From contig QALW01000010.1 of assembly GCA_003150515.1 (NCBI GenBank), positions 15,894-79,893 on the forward strand: DNA of 64,000 bases, in the 5' to 3' direction. The notes beneath the pieces are model-generated. The model had not been told where the DNA came from, did not search any database, and worked only from the letters and a program-made list of their open reading frames with translations. Below, piece after piece: positions 1 to 11,293 of this stretch. The position numbers and the translations under genes are program-made. The stretch is from Selenomonadales bacterium. GTDB taxonomy: Bacteria > Bacillota > Clostridia > Christensenellales > QALW01. How positions within the stretch are numbered: position 1 is the first letter of the stretch; every line of letters starts with the position of its first letter.

Positions 1-200
1 AGCAGAGGCACCAAAAAAGCAAAGGGGGTGGCCATTGTGCCCAGCGTCATGGCAAAATCCGCGCTGGAATTATAACCGTCTCCGTTTATATTGCCCACAA
101 GGAATATAAGGCCCAGCACAAGCATGAATATGCCCACGAACACATAGCCCATGGGAGAGCTGAAATATGCGCGCAGCTCGCGCTTGAATACCGCGTTCAT
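1..200 (-). CDS. ABC-2 type transporter permease, N-terminal fragment (runs off window)
   Basis: ATG (rev) at 198-200 abuts the stop of the upstream ATPase gene. Translation MNAVFKRELRAYFSSPMGYVFVGIFMLVLGLIFLVGN is a typical permease N-terminus with a TM helix. Confidence 0.6.
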   Translation of the reverse strand, partial: MNAVFKRELRAYFSSPMGYVFVGIFMLVLGLIFLVGNINGDGYNSSADFAMTLGTMATPFAFLVPL

Positions 201-1148
201 TTAAAAATCCTCCTTTGCCGTTCCGGTGAGCTGGAGGAAGATATCCTCCAGAGTATAGTCAAGATAGCGCATAAGCAGAATGGGAGTGCCTGCCTTGCCC
301 ATTATATTGAAAATTATGCGCCGCACGTCCGCGGATTTATTGGCTGTTATAAGGTAATCATAGCTGCCCGATTCGCGCACGCCCAGGCTGTCTACATTTA
401 TAACTCCTTCAATTGCGCGCAGAGCGCGGGCCGTGGCCGCCTCGGGGCCGGCAATCCTGACCGTAAGCTTAGCCGTTTCGCCCAGGCCCTGCTGAAGATT
501 GACCAGACTGTCCTGCGCCACTATGCGGCCGTGGTCTATAATTATAACCCGCTCGCAGACGTCGGCCACCTCGGGCAGGATATGGGAGGAGAGGATTATG
601 GTATGCTCCTTGCCCAAGCCTTTTATCAGATGGCGGATTTCTATGATTTGAGTTGGATCCAGGCCTACTGTGGGCTCGTCCAGAATCAGAACGGGAGGGT
701 TGCCGACCAGAGCCTCGGCCAGGCCCACTCTCTGCCTATAGCCTTTGGAAAGATTGCCTATTATTCTGGAGCCCACGTCGGTTATGCGGACTAATTCCTT
801 TATACGATCCAGATGTTCTTTGCGGTTTTTGCGGGAGACCTTTTTTATGTCCGCCGCGAACGCAAGATATTCGTTTACCGTCATATCCATATACAGCGGA
901 GGCTGTTCAGGCAGATAACCAATCCGTTTCTTAACCTCGGCGGGCTCCTTGAGAATGTCGTAGCCGTCCACCATGGCCGTGCCGCTTGTGGAAGAAATAT
1001 AGCCTGTAATCATGTTCATGGCCGTGGTCTTGCCTGCGCCGTTCCGGCCCAGGAAGCCGACGATCTCGCCGGCATTTACGGTAAAGCTTGCGTTATCCAC
1101 AGCCAGCTTCTCTCCGTATCGCTTGGTTAGGTTTTTAACCTCAATCAT
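201..1148 (-). CDS. ABC transporter ATP-binding protein
   Basis: Walker A GRNGAGKTT, signature LSKGYRQR, Walker B ILDEPTVGLD. Start moved to MIEVKNLTKRYG (cat at 1146-1148); the longer ORF-track N-terminus is GC-rich read-through. Confidence 0.9.
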   Translation of the reverse strand: MIEVKNLTKRYGEKLAVDNASFTVNAGEIVGFLGRNGAGKTTAMNMITGYISSTSGTAMVDGYDILKEPAEVKKRIGYLPEQPPLYMDMTVNEYLAFAADIKKVSRKNRKEHLDRIKELVRITDVGSRIIGNLSKGYRQRVGLAEALVGNPPVLILDEPTVGLDPTQIIEIRHLIKGLGKEHTIILSSHILPEVADVCERVIIIDHGRIVAQDSLVNLQQGLGETAKLTVRIAGPEAATARALRAIEGVINVDSLGVRESGSYDYLITANKSADVRRIIFNIMGKAGTPILLMRYLDYTLEDIFLQLTGTAKEDF

Positions 1149-1220
1149 TGCAAACTGCCTCCTGATAATATATATAAGGTGTGTTTCGGCTTTGTCATTA
1201 GCAGCCGGGCTCCCGCCCCC

Positions 1221-1257
1221 GCCTTGCCCATCAGTTCTTTGAACTGATGGGCAAGGC
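1221..1257. repeat. NP1: perfect hairpin, 17-bp stem and 3-nt loop (gccttgcccatcagttc ttt gaactgatgggcaaggc)
   Basis: Read directly. Lies between the dnaB stop and the ABC gene start. No T-tract follows. Confidence 0.85.
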
Positions 1258-1396
1258 AATAGGAGGGCGCCTTTAAGGCTTTGGGCAAGCGCAGCAATTA
1301 GGAGCGTTAACAGCGGAAGATGCTCCTTTCCTGCCTTTGAGACGGCGCCCGATTATATAAAGCCCGCCCCCGCCCGGCGCCGGGGGGAGGGCGCTC

Positions 1397-2725
1397 CTAG
1401 CGGTAGGAGCGATCCACGAAACGGGTGAACTCGGCTTTCCAAGTGAGCTCTATGCTGCCGGTGGCGCCGTTTCTCTGTTTGGCTACTATGATTTGAGCAA
1501 GGGTTTTATCCTGTTCCTGACTGTCTGTATAATATGCGGGACGGTGGATAAACATGACCACGTCCGCGTCCTGCTCTATTGCGCCCGATTCGCGCAGATC
1601 GCTTAAAACGGGCGTATGATCCGAACGGGTGGCGGCACCGCGGGAAAGCTGGGCCAGCACCATAATGGGCACGTTTAAATCTCTGGCCAGCACTTTTAGC
1701 TGGCGGGAGAGCTCGCTTACTTCCTGCTGGCGGTTTTCGTTTTTCCGGCCGGGAGAGCTCATAAGAGTGAGATAGTCTATAATCACCAGCTTTAAATCTT
1801 TTATGCGCCTGCATTTGCTGCGCACTTCGGCTACGGATATGCCCGCCGTATCGTCTATATAAAGGGGGGCGCGCTCGAGCAGCGTCATGGTGGAATTGAG
1901 CCGTTCAAATTCCTCCTCGCTGATTTCGCCGCGCTTGATTTTTTCAGAATCCACTGCGGCCTCCGAACTGATTATGCGCATGGCCACCTCGGCCTTGGAC
2001 ATTTCCAGAGAGAAAATAGCCGTGGCCTGATTGTTTTTTATGGAGGCGTAGCCGGCGACGTTATGCGAAAAGGAGGATTTGCCCATGGAGGGGCGGCAGG
2101 CCACTATTACAAGGCTGGCCGGCTGAAGCCCGCCCAGGAGCCTGTCCAGCTCCTTAAAGCCCATGGCTATGCCCTGCACCCGGCCCTTAGTGCGGTAGTA
2201 TTCGTCTATGCGCTCGTAGATGTCGGGCAGAATATCCTTCATCTGAGCCATAGCCGAGGCCTCGTTGTTCATTGCGATATTGAAAATTTCCTTTTCGGCC
2301 GTTTCTATTATATCCTTGGAATCTTTTACGGCCGCATAGCTGTCGGTGGCGGTAACGCTGGAAACGCTGATAAGCCGGCGCAGCTTGTATTTTTCTATAA
2401 CGATATCTATGTAATAGGCTAAATTGGCCGTGCTGGGCACGGCGCCCGAAAGCTCGGTTATATACGGAGCTCCTCCGATTAATTCCAGAGTGCCTCTTTT
2501 AACTAATTCGTTCATAAGAGTAATGACGTCCACGGGCTTTCCGGCGTGAAAAAGCGCGCCGATTGCTTCGTAGAGCTCCTGATGATTAGGACGGTAGAAA
2601 TAGTCTTTATTTTTAATGCGCTCAAAAACGGGCGCTATACAATCGCCCGAAAGCAGCATGCAGCCGAGACAGGAGCGCTCGGCGTCTATATCGTTGGGCA
2701 GAATCTGGGCAGCCTGAATTTCCAT
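1397..2725 (-). CDS. dnaB: replicative DNA helicase DnaB
   Basis: 442 aa. N-terminal DnaB domain (PNDIDAERSCLGCMLL), Walker A ACRPSMGKSSF, RecA-like C-terminal domain. Confidence 0.95.
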   Translation of the reverse strand: MEIQAAQILPNDIDAERSCLGCMLLSGDCIAPVFERIKNKDYFYRPNHQELYEAIGALFHAGKPVDVITLMNELVKRGTLELIGGAPYITELSGAVPSTANLAYYIDIVIEKYKLRRLISVSSVTATDSYAAVKDSKDIIETAEKEIFNIAMNNEASAMAQMKDILPDIYERIDEYYRTKGRVQGIAMGFKELDRLLGGLQPASLVIVACRPSMGKSSFSHNVAGYASIKNNQATAIFSLEMSKAEVAMRIISSEAAVDSEKIKRGEISEEEFERLNSTMTLLERAPLYIDDTAGISVAEVRSKCRRIKDLKLVIIDYLTLMSSPGRKNENRQQEVSELSRQLKVLARDLNVPIMVLAQLSRGAATRSDHTPVLSDLRESGAIEQDADVVMFIHRPAYYTDSQEQDKTLAQIIVAKQRNGATGSIELTWKAEFTRFVDRSYR

Positions 2726-2963
2726 TTGGGCTCCTTTGTTATTATTATTTCCGCGCGTAAAATATTTTGAAGAATCGCCGTCTTGTTAAGGCGGGCCGCG
2801 GCTTTATGAGAAACCAACGACAAAGCCGACTTTTATATTATACAGCCTCAAAAGGCCCATGTAAAGAAAAAACCTTTTTTAGGCGCAGAATTTACGCTTT
2901 TTTAATAGTTTAAAGCCTGCGGGGCAGGCTGGGGCCTGGGTGAATTTATGGGGGCGCGCGGCT

Positions 2964-3101
2964 GAAAATAATGAGCGGGGCTTAGCAGGGGGGGCGGCTC
3001 TTGCGGCCGTAAACGGCCGCCCGGCCGCGCCTGCGGCGCGGCCAGGGCAAGCCGCAGGCTTGCCAAGAGCCGCCCCCCGCTAAGCCCCGCTCATTATTTT
3101 C
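2964..3101. repeat. NP2: nested palindrome, about 38-bp outer stem (2-nt bulge) enclosing three hairpins
   Basis: Outer arms gaaaataatgagcggggcttagc...ggcggctcttg / caagagccgcc...gctaagccccgctcattattttc. Inner hairpins at 3004-3019, 3023-3043 and 3046-3064. Confidence 0.9.
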
Positions 3102-3112
3102 CCGCAGCGGCT

Positions 3113-4297
3113 TTATTCCGCAGGGTATAATTTATTAAATACTAAATCGAATTTTTCCAGCGCAAAATCCAATTGCTCTTTAGTATGAGTGGCGGTATAA
3201 CTGGTGCGCAGTATGCTCTCGCCCTCAGGCACGGCCGGAGAAATTACCGGATTTACATATACCCCGTTTTCCAAAAGCGCGCGGGTTATAATGAATGTGC
3301 GTTCGTTTGTGCCTGTGCGGACGGGCACTATGGGAGTTATGCCTTCTCCGCAGGGAATGCCCAGCTTTTTGAAGCCCTCCCGCATGTAATCTCCGTTTTT
3401 GCGCAGCTTCTCGCACCGTTCGGGCTCGCTTTTAAGAATTTCCAGAGATTGGAGCGCGGCCGCCGCGTTGGAGGGAGGAATGGAGGCGCTGAATATGTAG
3501 GGGCGGGAAACGTGCATAGCGTAATCAACCACCCGCTCCTCCGAGGCCATAAAGCCGCCCAGGGAAGCGAAGGATTTGCTGAAGGTGCCCATTATTATGT
3601 CCACTTCCTTTTCCAGCCCGAAATATTCGGCCGTGCCTCGCCCGTGAGCGCCCAATACGCCTATGCCGTGCGAATCGTCCACCATCACCCGAGCGTTATA
3701 GCGCTTGGCCAGGCTGACTATTTCGGGCAGATCGGCCAGATCGCCCTCCATGGAAAACACTCCGTCCACCACTATCAGCTTACCTCTTTCAGCCGGGGCA
3801 TCCTTCAGCTTCTGGGATAAATCGGTCATGTCGTTATGCTCGTATTTAACCAGCTTTGAAAAGCTCAGCCTGGACGCGTCCATTAAAGAGGCGTGATTGG
3901 CTCTGTCAAAAAAGATTATATCGTGCCGTCCGCAAAGCGCGGAAATTATGCCCAGGTTGGTCTGGAATCCGGTGGACCACGTCATGGCGGCCTGCTTGCC
4001 TAAAAATTCAGCCAGCTCGCTTTCCAGTTTTTTATGCAGGGTAAGAGTGCCGTTGAGAAATCGGGAGCCGGAGCATCCCGCGCCTAATTCCTTAAGCGCG
4101 CGGCAGGCTGCGTCTATTACTCTTTCGTCGCTGGTCAGTCCCAGATAGTTGTTGCTGCCCAGCATTATAGTGCGCCGGCCGTCCATAATAACCTCCGAAT
4201 GCTGCTTGGAGGAAATCTCGTGAAAATAGGGATAAATCCCCGCTGCCCGCGCTTGGTCCGCCGGGCTGGGCTCATAGCATTTTTGAAATAGATCCAT
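3113..4297 (-). CDS. PLP-dependent alpha-oxoamine synthase family protein (KBL/BioF/SPT-like; specific substrate not assignable)
   Basis: 394 aa. GSNNYLGL motif, PLP-lysine context GTFSKSFASLGG, DDSHG. No bio or tdh neighbours. Confidence 0.8.
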   Translation of the reverse strand: MDLFQKCYEPSPADQARAAGIYPYFHEISSKQHSEVIMDGRRTIMLGSNNYLGLTSDERVIDAACRALKELGAGCSGSRFLNGTLTLHKKLESELAEFLGKQAAMTWSTGFQTNLGIISALCGRHDIIFFDRANHASLMDASRLSFSKLVKYEHNDMTDLSQKLKDAPAERGKLIVVDGVFSMEGDLADLPEIVSLAKRYNARVMVDDSHGIGVLGAHGRGTAEYFGLEKEVDIIMGTFSKSFASLGGFMASEERVVDYAMHVSRPYIFSASIPPSNAAAALQSLEILKSEPERCEKLRKNGDYMREGFKKLGIPCGEGITPIVPVRTGTNERTFIITRALLENGVYVNPVISPAVPEGESILRTSYTATHTKEQLDFALEKFDLVFNKLYPAE

Positions 4298-4778
4298 TGT
4301 TAATACGCTCCTAATTTAAAAAATAAATATAAAGACAAGATATTATACCATCCGAAAGGCTTAATTGCAAATGGTTATATAATATTTATATATAAGTCGT
4401 CCGGGCTTGTATGCCTCTATAAAGAGGGCTGCATACAGTTTGGGAAAAGGGAGAAGAATAAATACAGCCGCGCGTTTTTAATATGCATGCTTAAACGCTG
4501 CCGGCGTATAGACGGTTAAAACGCTGCCGGCGCCTGCGGCCGGGAATATGCTCTGTTTATAAAGCGAATGCCGGCTTTTTAATCCGCGCATGATAATGTT
4601 TTTTAAAAAGAATGAAAAACGGCGATTATTCGAGATAATAAAGATTATTTCGGATATTTAGAGGCTAAAGCATTGAAACGGCCGCATTCAGCCTTAAATC
4701 AATGTTTATTCATTGCTGTTAAAGTGTTATTCTTAAGAATAAATTTGATTTGCTCCGAACATGAAAGGAGGGCGGCTT

Positions 4779-5510
4779 ATGGAAATAGATGTTTTTCCCA
4801 AGGACGTAGATATTACGCTTTTCGGCCATACCTTCTGGATCAGGGAGACATACCTTACATCCCTTATATTAATAGCTCTTATACTCGTAATCGCCTTGAT
4901 TATCAGATTTGTTTTAATCAGGCGCTTTACAACCGACGTGCGCAAAATAGGCAAGGCGCAGCTTTTATGCGAATACCTCTTTAATATGCTGGAGCGTTTT
5001 ACCAAGGGCGCCGTGGGCAGCATGGGGCCAAAGCTGTCCCCATATATTCTTGCTCTCGCTTTTTATATCCTTCTAAGCGGGGTTATAGAGCTTTTCGGCC
5101 TGCGCACGCCTCTTTCCGACCTCTCGGTGACCGTTTCCTTCGGGCTTTCCACCTTTCTGATTATTAATTATTACGGCCTGAGAGAAAAGGGCGTTATCGG
5201 ACGCATTAAATCCTACGGCAAGCCTAAGCCCATTATAGCGCCTTTTAAGCTCATCAGCGACCTTGCGACTCCCGTAAGCCTGTCCTGCCGTATGTTCGGC
5301 AATATCCTGGGCGGATATATTATAATGGAACTGCTCTATGAGGTCTTGCTGAGCGCTGTGGAAAAATGGCTGGTGGCTATTCCCTTTGCATTTGTAATTC
5401 CGGCGGCGCTGTCTTTGTATTTTACTCTTTTCCACGTTGCTATTCAGTTTTATATTTTTTCCATGCTCAGCCTTACGTTTGTAAGCGAAGCGGTGGAAAA
5501 GGAAGCCTGA
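4779..5510 (+). CDS. atpB: F0F1 ATP synthase subunit a
   Basis: Polytopic membrane protein heading the atp operon. Conserved LSCRMFGNILGG (essential Arg). Start set at the ATG after AGGAGGG. Confidence 0.9.
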   Translation: MEIDVFPKDVDITLFGHTFWIRETYLTSLILIALILVIALIIRFVLIRRFTTDVRKIGKAQLLCEYLFNMLERFTKGAVGSMGPKLSPYILALAFYILLSGVIELFGLRTPLSDLSVTVSFGLSTFLIINYYGLREKGVIGRIKSYGKPKPIIAPFKLISDLATPVSLSCRMFGNILGGYIIMELLYEVLLSAVEKWLVAIPFAFVIPAALSLYFTLFHVAIQFYIFSMLSLTFVSEAVEKEA

Positions 5511-5572
5511 AATTCCGGCGGAGTTTAAGGCCTATATATTTTTAGCTATACTATACTCAGGAGGATTTTATT

Positions 5573-5791
5573 ATGGATTTATCAGTAATAGGCGCGGCCA
5601 TAGCCGTGTTTACCGGTGTGGGAGCGGGCATAGGAATGGGTTTTGCAACGGGCAAGGCCTGCGAAGCGGTGGCGCGTCAGCCTGAGGCCTCGGGCAAAAT
5701 TCAGGGCGTGCTTCTTTTGGGCCTGGCGCTGACTGAATCAGTCGCCATATACGGCCTGCTTATAGCGCTGCTGCTGATTTTCGTCAAATAG
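5573..5791 (+). CDS. atpE: F0F1 ATP synthase subunit c
   Basis: 72-aa two-helix proteolipid with a GxGxGxG-type helix 1 and the carboxylate in [10 protein letters not shown]. Confidence 0.9.
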   Translation: MDLSVIGAAIAVFTGVGAGIGMGFATGKACEAVARQPEASGKIQGVLLLGLALTESVAIYGLLIALLLIFVK

Positions 5792-5820
5792 TAAAAGCCG
5801 CGGAAAGGGTTTAAAAATAA

Positions 5821-6315
5821 ATGGATGGATTATTTGGAAGCTGGTTATATATAGTCCTGCATATAGTTAATCTTGCCGTTTTGGTATTCCTGCTCAGGCT
5901 TATTATATATAAGCCCATGAAAAAATTCATGGCCAAGCGCCAAGAGGAACTGGAGCATGAAGTGGCTTCCCTGGATGAGGCGGCCGCCAAATCGGAGGGC
6001 GCCCGCGCGCTTTTGGAGCAGAAGGAAAAGGAACTGGAGCAAAAGCAGCGCAGGGATTATTACGAGGCCATGCAAAAGGCCAGCGCCAGCGCTGATGAAT
6101 TAATAAAGGCCGCTCAGAAAGACGCCGACGCTATAATTGATCAGGCTGAGCGCCGCGCGGATGAAATTAAGCAGGGCGCCAACGAGGAGATACGCGAGGC
6201 GGCCGCGGTTATGGCCGTGGATATAGCCGCCGCAGTTTTGCCCGGCAAGCTTTCAAAAAGCGAGCATGAGGAGCTGCTGGAGGCCAGCGTTGCGGAGGCG
6301 AAGAAATATGGATAA
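5821..6315 (+). CDS. atpF: F0F1 ATP synthase subunit b
   Basis: N-terminal TM helix followed by a long charged coiled coil. Operon position between c and alpha. Confidence 0.85.
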   Translation: MDGLFGSWLYIVLHIVNLAVLVFLLRLIIYKPMKKFMAKRQEELEHEVASLDEAAAKSEGARALLEQKEKELEQKQRRDYYEAMQKASASADELIKAAQKDADAIIDQAERRADEIKQGANEEIREAAAVMAVDIAAAVLPGKLSKSEHEELLEASVAEAKKYG

Positions 6316-8182
6316 CGACCTCATAGTATATACCGCAGTTCCTGTTGACGATGCTGAAAAGCGGCGTCTTCAGGAGTTTTTTAAAGTTAAGTACGGCGCG
6401 GGCAGCGTTGCTTTCAGCGTTAAGGCCGATCTTATCGGAGGCATGCGCCTTGTTTTCAGGGACAGAATAGAGGATTATTCTCTGGCGGGGAGATTGGGCA
6501 GCCTTAAACAGCGCCTTTCGTCGGGCGAAAGGCTTTCGGGAGGCTATCTGGAGGAAGAAGCCGCCGGCCGGTTAAAAGCCATAAAGCGCCGGTATGCCTT
6601 AAAGCGCCCCGGCCTTAACGGAATTAATCCTAAGACGGGCGAGCCTTCGGCAGTGAAAAGAAAGCTTTCGGGGCAGGGAGAGAGAGCGGCTGAAATTATA
6701 GGCGCGCCCCGGCGCAAGCTGAACGCTTTAAGCTTTCAGCCCGTAAAAAACGCAATAGGGCGCGTTATTTCCAGCGCGGACGGCATAGTCGAGGTTTCGG
6801 ATATGTCGGGCGTGAGAATGGGCGAGCTTATAAATTTCCATTCGGGCGCATACGGCATAGCTATGAATCTGGAAAAGGATTATATAGGCGTCGCCGTGTT
6901 TTCGGGAGACGAGAATATTGAAAGCGGCGAGGTTGCCTACGGCACGGGCAAGATTATGGAGGTGCCCGTGGGCAAGGGCCTGCTGGGCAGGGTGGTTAAT
7001 CCCATGGGCATTCCTATAGACGGGCGGGGAGAAATATTATGTTCAAACCATATGCCCATAGAGGCGCCCGCCCCGGGAATTATTGAGCGCGCTCCGGTCA
7101 ACCGGCCTATGCAGACGGGTATTTTGTCCATAGACGCCATGACGCCCATAGGCAGGGGCCAGCGCGAATTGATTATAGGGGACCGTCAAATAGGCAAGAC
7201 GGCCATAGCGGTGGACACCATTCTCAATCAGAAAGATAAGGATATGGTGTGCATATATGTTGCAATAGGGCAGAAGGCTTCTAAAGTAGCCGAATTGGAA
7301 CAGCTTCTCCGCTCGCGGGGGGCTATGGATTATACGGTAATAGTATGCGCCTCCGCTTCGGATAACGCGTCCATGCAGTATATATGCCCGTATGCCGGAT
7401 GCGCTATGGGCGAATATTTTATGCATGAGGGCAAGGACGCGCTGATTATTTACGACGATCTTTCCAAGCACGCCGTCTCTTACCGCACGCTTTCTCTGCT
7501 TTTGAGGAGGCCGCCCGGCCGGGAAGCCTATCCGGGCGACGTATTCTATCTGCATTCCCGCCTTTTGGAGAGGGCCGCTCAGCTTAACGAGGCAAACGGC
7601 GGCGGCTCGCTGACTGCTCTGCCCATAATAGAGACAATGGCCGGAGATATTTCCGCGTATATTCCCACAAACGTAATATCCATAACGGACGGGCAGATAT
7701 TTCTGGATTCGGAATTGTTCCGTTCGGGCGTCAGGCCCTCTGTAAACGTAGGGCTGTCTGTTTCCCGAGTGGGCGGCGCCGCGCAGGGCAAGGCCGTGCG
7801 CAGGGTGTCCGGCCGCATGAGGCTGGATCTGGCTCAATACAGGGAATTAAAGGTGTTCGCGCAGTTCGGCTCGGATTTGGATCCTGCCACGCGCGCCTCT
7901 TTGAATAGGGGCGAGCAGCTCACGGAGGCGCTTAAGCAGAGCCAGTATTCTCCCTATTCCTATGCGGAGGAGGCCATAATTCTCAATATTCTCTCTGAGG
8001 ATTTGTGCCCGCAGGTGCCCCCCGAACAGATTAACCGCTTTATGCGCATGGTGCTGGATAATCTCAGGCTTTCCCATCCGGAGGTAATATTTAATATAGA
8101 GCATGACGACGTTATAACTGAGGACAGCAGGCAGACAATCATTAGCGTGATTCAAGAGCTGCTGGGAAGCTCTGAGGAGTAA
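6308..8182 (+). CDS. atpA: F0F1 ATP synthase subunit alpha with an N-terminal delta(OSCP) C-terminal-domain-like extension
   Basis: Walker A GDRQIGKT and a typical alpha core. The first 75 aa or so ([19 protein letters not shown]...[29 protein letters not shown]) resemble the delta C-terminus. ATGGATAA overlap with atpF. No separate atpH. Confidence 0.85.
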   Translation: MDNDLIVYTAVPVDDAEKRRLQEFFKVKYGAGSVAFSVKADLIGGMRLVFRDRIEDYSLAGRLGSLKQRLSSGERLSGGYLEEEAAGRLKAIKRRYALKRPGLNGINPKTGEPSAVKRKLSGQGERAAEIIGAPRRKLNALSFQPVKNAIGRVISSADGIVEVSDMSGVRMGELINFHSGAYGIAMNLEKDYIGVAVFSGDENIESGEVAYGTGKIMEVPVGKGLLGRVVNPMGIPIDGRGEILCSNHMPIEAPAPGIIERAPVNRPMQTGILSIDAMTPIGRGQRELIIGDRQIGKTAIAVDTILNQKDKDMVCIYVAIGQKASKVAELEQLLRSRGAMDYTVIVCASASDNASMQYICPYAGCAMGEYFMHEGKDALIIYDDLSKHAVSYRTLSLLLRRPPGREAYPGDVFYLHSRLLERAAQLNEANGGGSLTALPIIETMAGDISAYIPTNVISITDGQIFLDSELFRSGVRPSVNVGLSVSRVGGAAQGKAVRRVSGRMRLDLAQYRELKVFAQFGSDLDPATRASLNRGEQLTEALKQSQYSPYSYAEEAIILNILSEDLCPQVPPEQINRFMRMVLDNLRLSHPEVIFNIEHDDVITEDSRQTIISVIQELLGSSEE

Positions 8183-8187
8183 AATCT

Positions 8188-9075
8188 ATGCAGAGCATAT
8201 ATGATATAAAGAATCATTTAAAAACGGTAAACAGCACTGTTGAACTGACAAGGGCCATGTATCTTATAAGCGCGAGCCGGATAAGAAAGGCTATGCGGCT
8301 TTATGAGAGCACGGACACTTATTTCAGGCATGCGCGCCGGGCCATTAAGCATATTCTTGTCAATATGCCCAGCATCTCGCATAAATATCTGCAGGTTGAG
8401 CATGACCAAAATAAAGCCACGGCTTATATAGTGATTGCTTCCAATAAGGGAATGGCGGGCGGATACAATCATGATATATGCACGGCCGCGCTGGAACATA
8501 TGAAAAAATGCAAGGGGGCAATAACCCTTTTTACCGTAGGCAGCATGGCGGCCTCCTTTTTCAGGCGGGAGGGCTATGAAATTGAATATGAATATACTTC
8601 CGTTATGAACGATCCGACCATATCGGCGGCGCGGCGCATGATGGAGGGTATAAACGAACGAATTGAGCATAACAGTATAGACCAGGTATACGTCGCCTAT
8701 ACCCATATGGACAGCTCAGTAGTGCAGACTCCCAGGGTGGAGAGGCTGCTTCCTCTGCTTCTGAGCGATTTTGAGGATGTGCAGTTCAGGGACGAATTTG
8801 TGGAGGCGCATGTTATGTACGAGCCCGATCCGGTCACGGTAATAAACGCTTTGGTGCCTCAATATTTAATGGGCATGCTTTACGGAATGCTGGTGCAGGC
8901 TTATGCCAGCGAGCACAGCGTAAGGATGCGCGCCATGGACGAGGCCACGCGCAACGCCGAAGAGATGATAGGAGAACTGGAATTAAAATATAACGGAGCG
9001 CGCCAGGCGGCCATCACCCAGGAAATTACCGAGATAGTTTCAGGCGCGGGCGCGGTGGACGGCGCCGTTCGCTAA
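8188..9075 (+). CDS. atpG: F0F1 ATP synthase subunit gamma
   Basis: 295 aa. Conserved C-terminus ARQAAITQEITEIVSGA. Operon position. Confidence 0.9.
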   Translation: MQSIYDIKNHLKTVNSTVELTRAMYLISASRIRKAMRLYESTDTYFRHARRAIKHILVNMPSISHKYLQVEHDQNKATAYIVIASNKGMAGGYNHDICTAALEHMKKCKGAITLFTVGSMAASFFRREGYEIEYEYTSVMNDPTISAARRMMEGINERIEHNSIDQVYVAYTHMDSSVVQTPRVERLLPLLLSDFEDVQFRDEFVEAHVMYEPDPVTVINALVPQYLMGMLYGMLVQAYASEHSVRMRAMDEATRNAEEMIGELELKYNGARQAAITQEITEIVSGAGAVDGAVR

Positions 9076-9090
9076 AGGGAGGAATTATAA

Positions 9091-10485
<1,395 letters not shown>

Positions 10486-10490
10486 GGGTT

Positions 10491-10910
10491 ATGACTCCGT
10501 ATAAGCTTGAAATAGTTACGCCCGAGCGTACATTTTATAAAGGTATGTGTGAATCCATAGTGCTGGATACCGGTTCAGGCAAAATGGGAGTGTTATACGG
10601 GCATGTGCCGGTAGTGGTTTCTCTGCCTCCTGGAGAAATGGTTATAAAAATGGACGGCGAGGATAAGGTGGCGGTCTGCTCGGGCGGATTTATGGAGATG
10701 CTGGGAAAGAGAGCGTATATTTTTGCCCAGAGCATAGAATGGCTGGAGGAGATTGACGTTCAGCGTGCCATGGAGGCGGCTCGGCGGGCGCGGCGCAAGC
10801 TGGAAGCGGCCAGTAATAAATACGACCGTCAGCGCTTTATATGGGCGCTTGAGAGAGCGGAAACCAGGCTGAAAGCTATTGAGAAAAAACAGCGTGATAT
10901 TACAAAATGA
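10491..10910 (+). CDS. atpC: F0F1 ATP synthase subunit epsilon
   Basis: 139 aa. Beta-sandwich plus helical C-terminus. Last gene of the operon. Confidence 0.9.
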   Translation: MTPYKLEIVTPERTFYKGMCESIVLDTGSGKMGVLYGHVPVVVSLPPGEMVIKMDGEDKVAVCSGGFMEMLGKRAYIFAQSIEWLEEIDVQRAMEAARRARRKLEAASNKYDRQRFIWALERAETRLKAIEKKQRDITK

Positions 10911-10913
10911 TGG

Positions 10914-11178
10914 CTGCGCCCAGCCTTTAGGCTGGGCGCAAAGTCTCAGGGTTTTACGGAAAGCAAAGCTTTCCGTAAAACCCTGAGACTTTGCGTTTTT
11001 TGGCGCCGAAGGCGCCAAAAAACGCAGCCGTTTATTTTACTGGATAAAGGCTTATATGGTTTGGGCCCTGCCTCAGCTTTGCTGAGGCAGGGCCCAAGTG
11101 TCTCCATGTTTAATGGAAAGCTTTGCTTTCCATTAAACATGGAGACACTTGGGGTTGGCTCCCAAAGGGAGCCAACCC
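10914..11178. repeat. NP3: array of six perfect hairpins (two three-hairpin modules)
   Basis: Hairpins at 10914-10939, 10940-10991, 10992-11024, 11061-11095, 11096-11148 and 11150-11178. Stems 11-25 bp; loops ttta/aaa/gaa/ttt/ttt/aaa. Confidence 0.9.
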
Positions 11179-11293
11179 CAAATATTTCATTATTCAATAG
11201 TTGAAATAATAAAAAGGCGGAAATTGTTAAATCAATCTATATTTTTATTTAAGGAGTAATCAAACGAAGATGAAAGAAAATAGTGTATCAAAT

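Noticed and set aside
6266-6307. Upstream ATG (6266) as the start of the alpha ORF.
   Set aside because: It would overlap atpF by 50 nt and add an Arg-rich peptide. The ATG at 6308 forms the typical ATGGATAA stop-start overlap with atpF.
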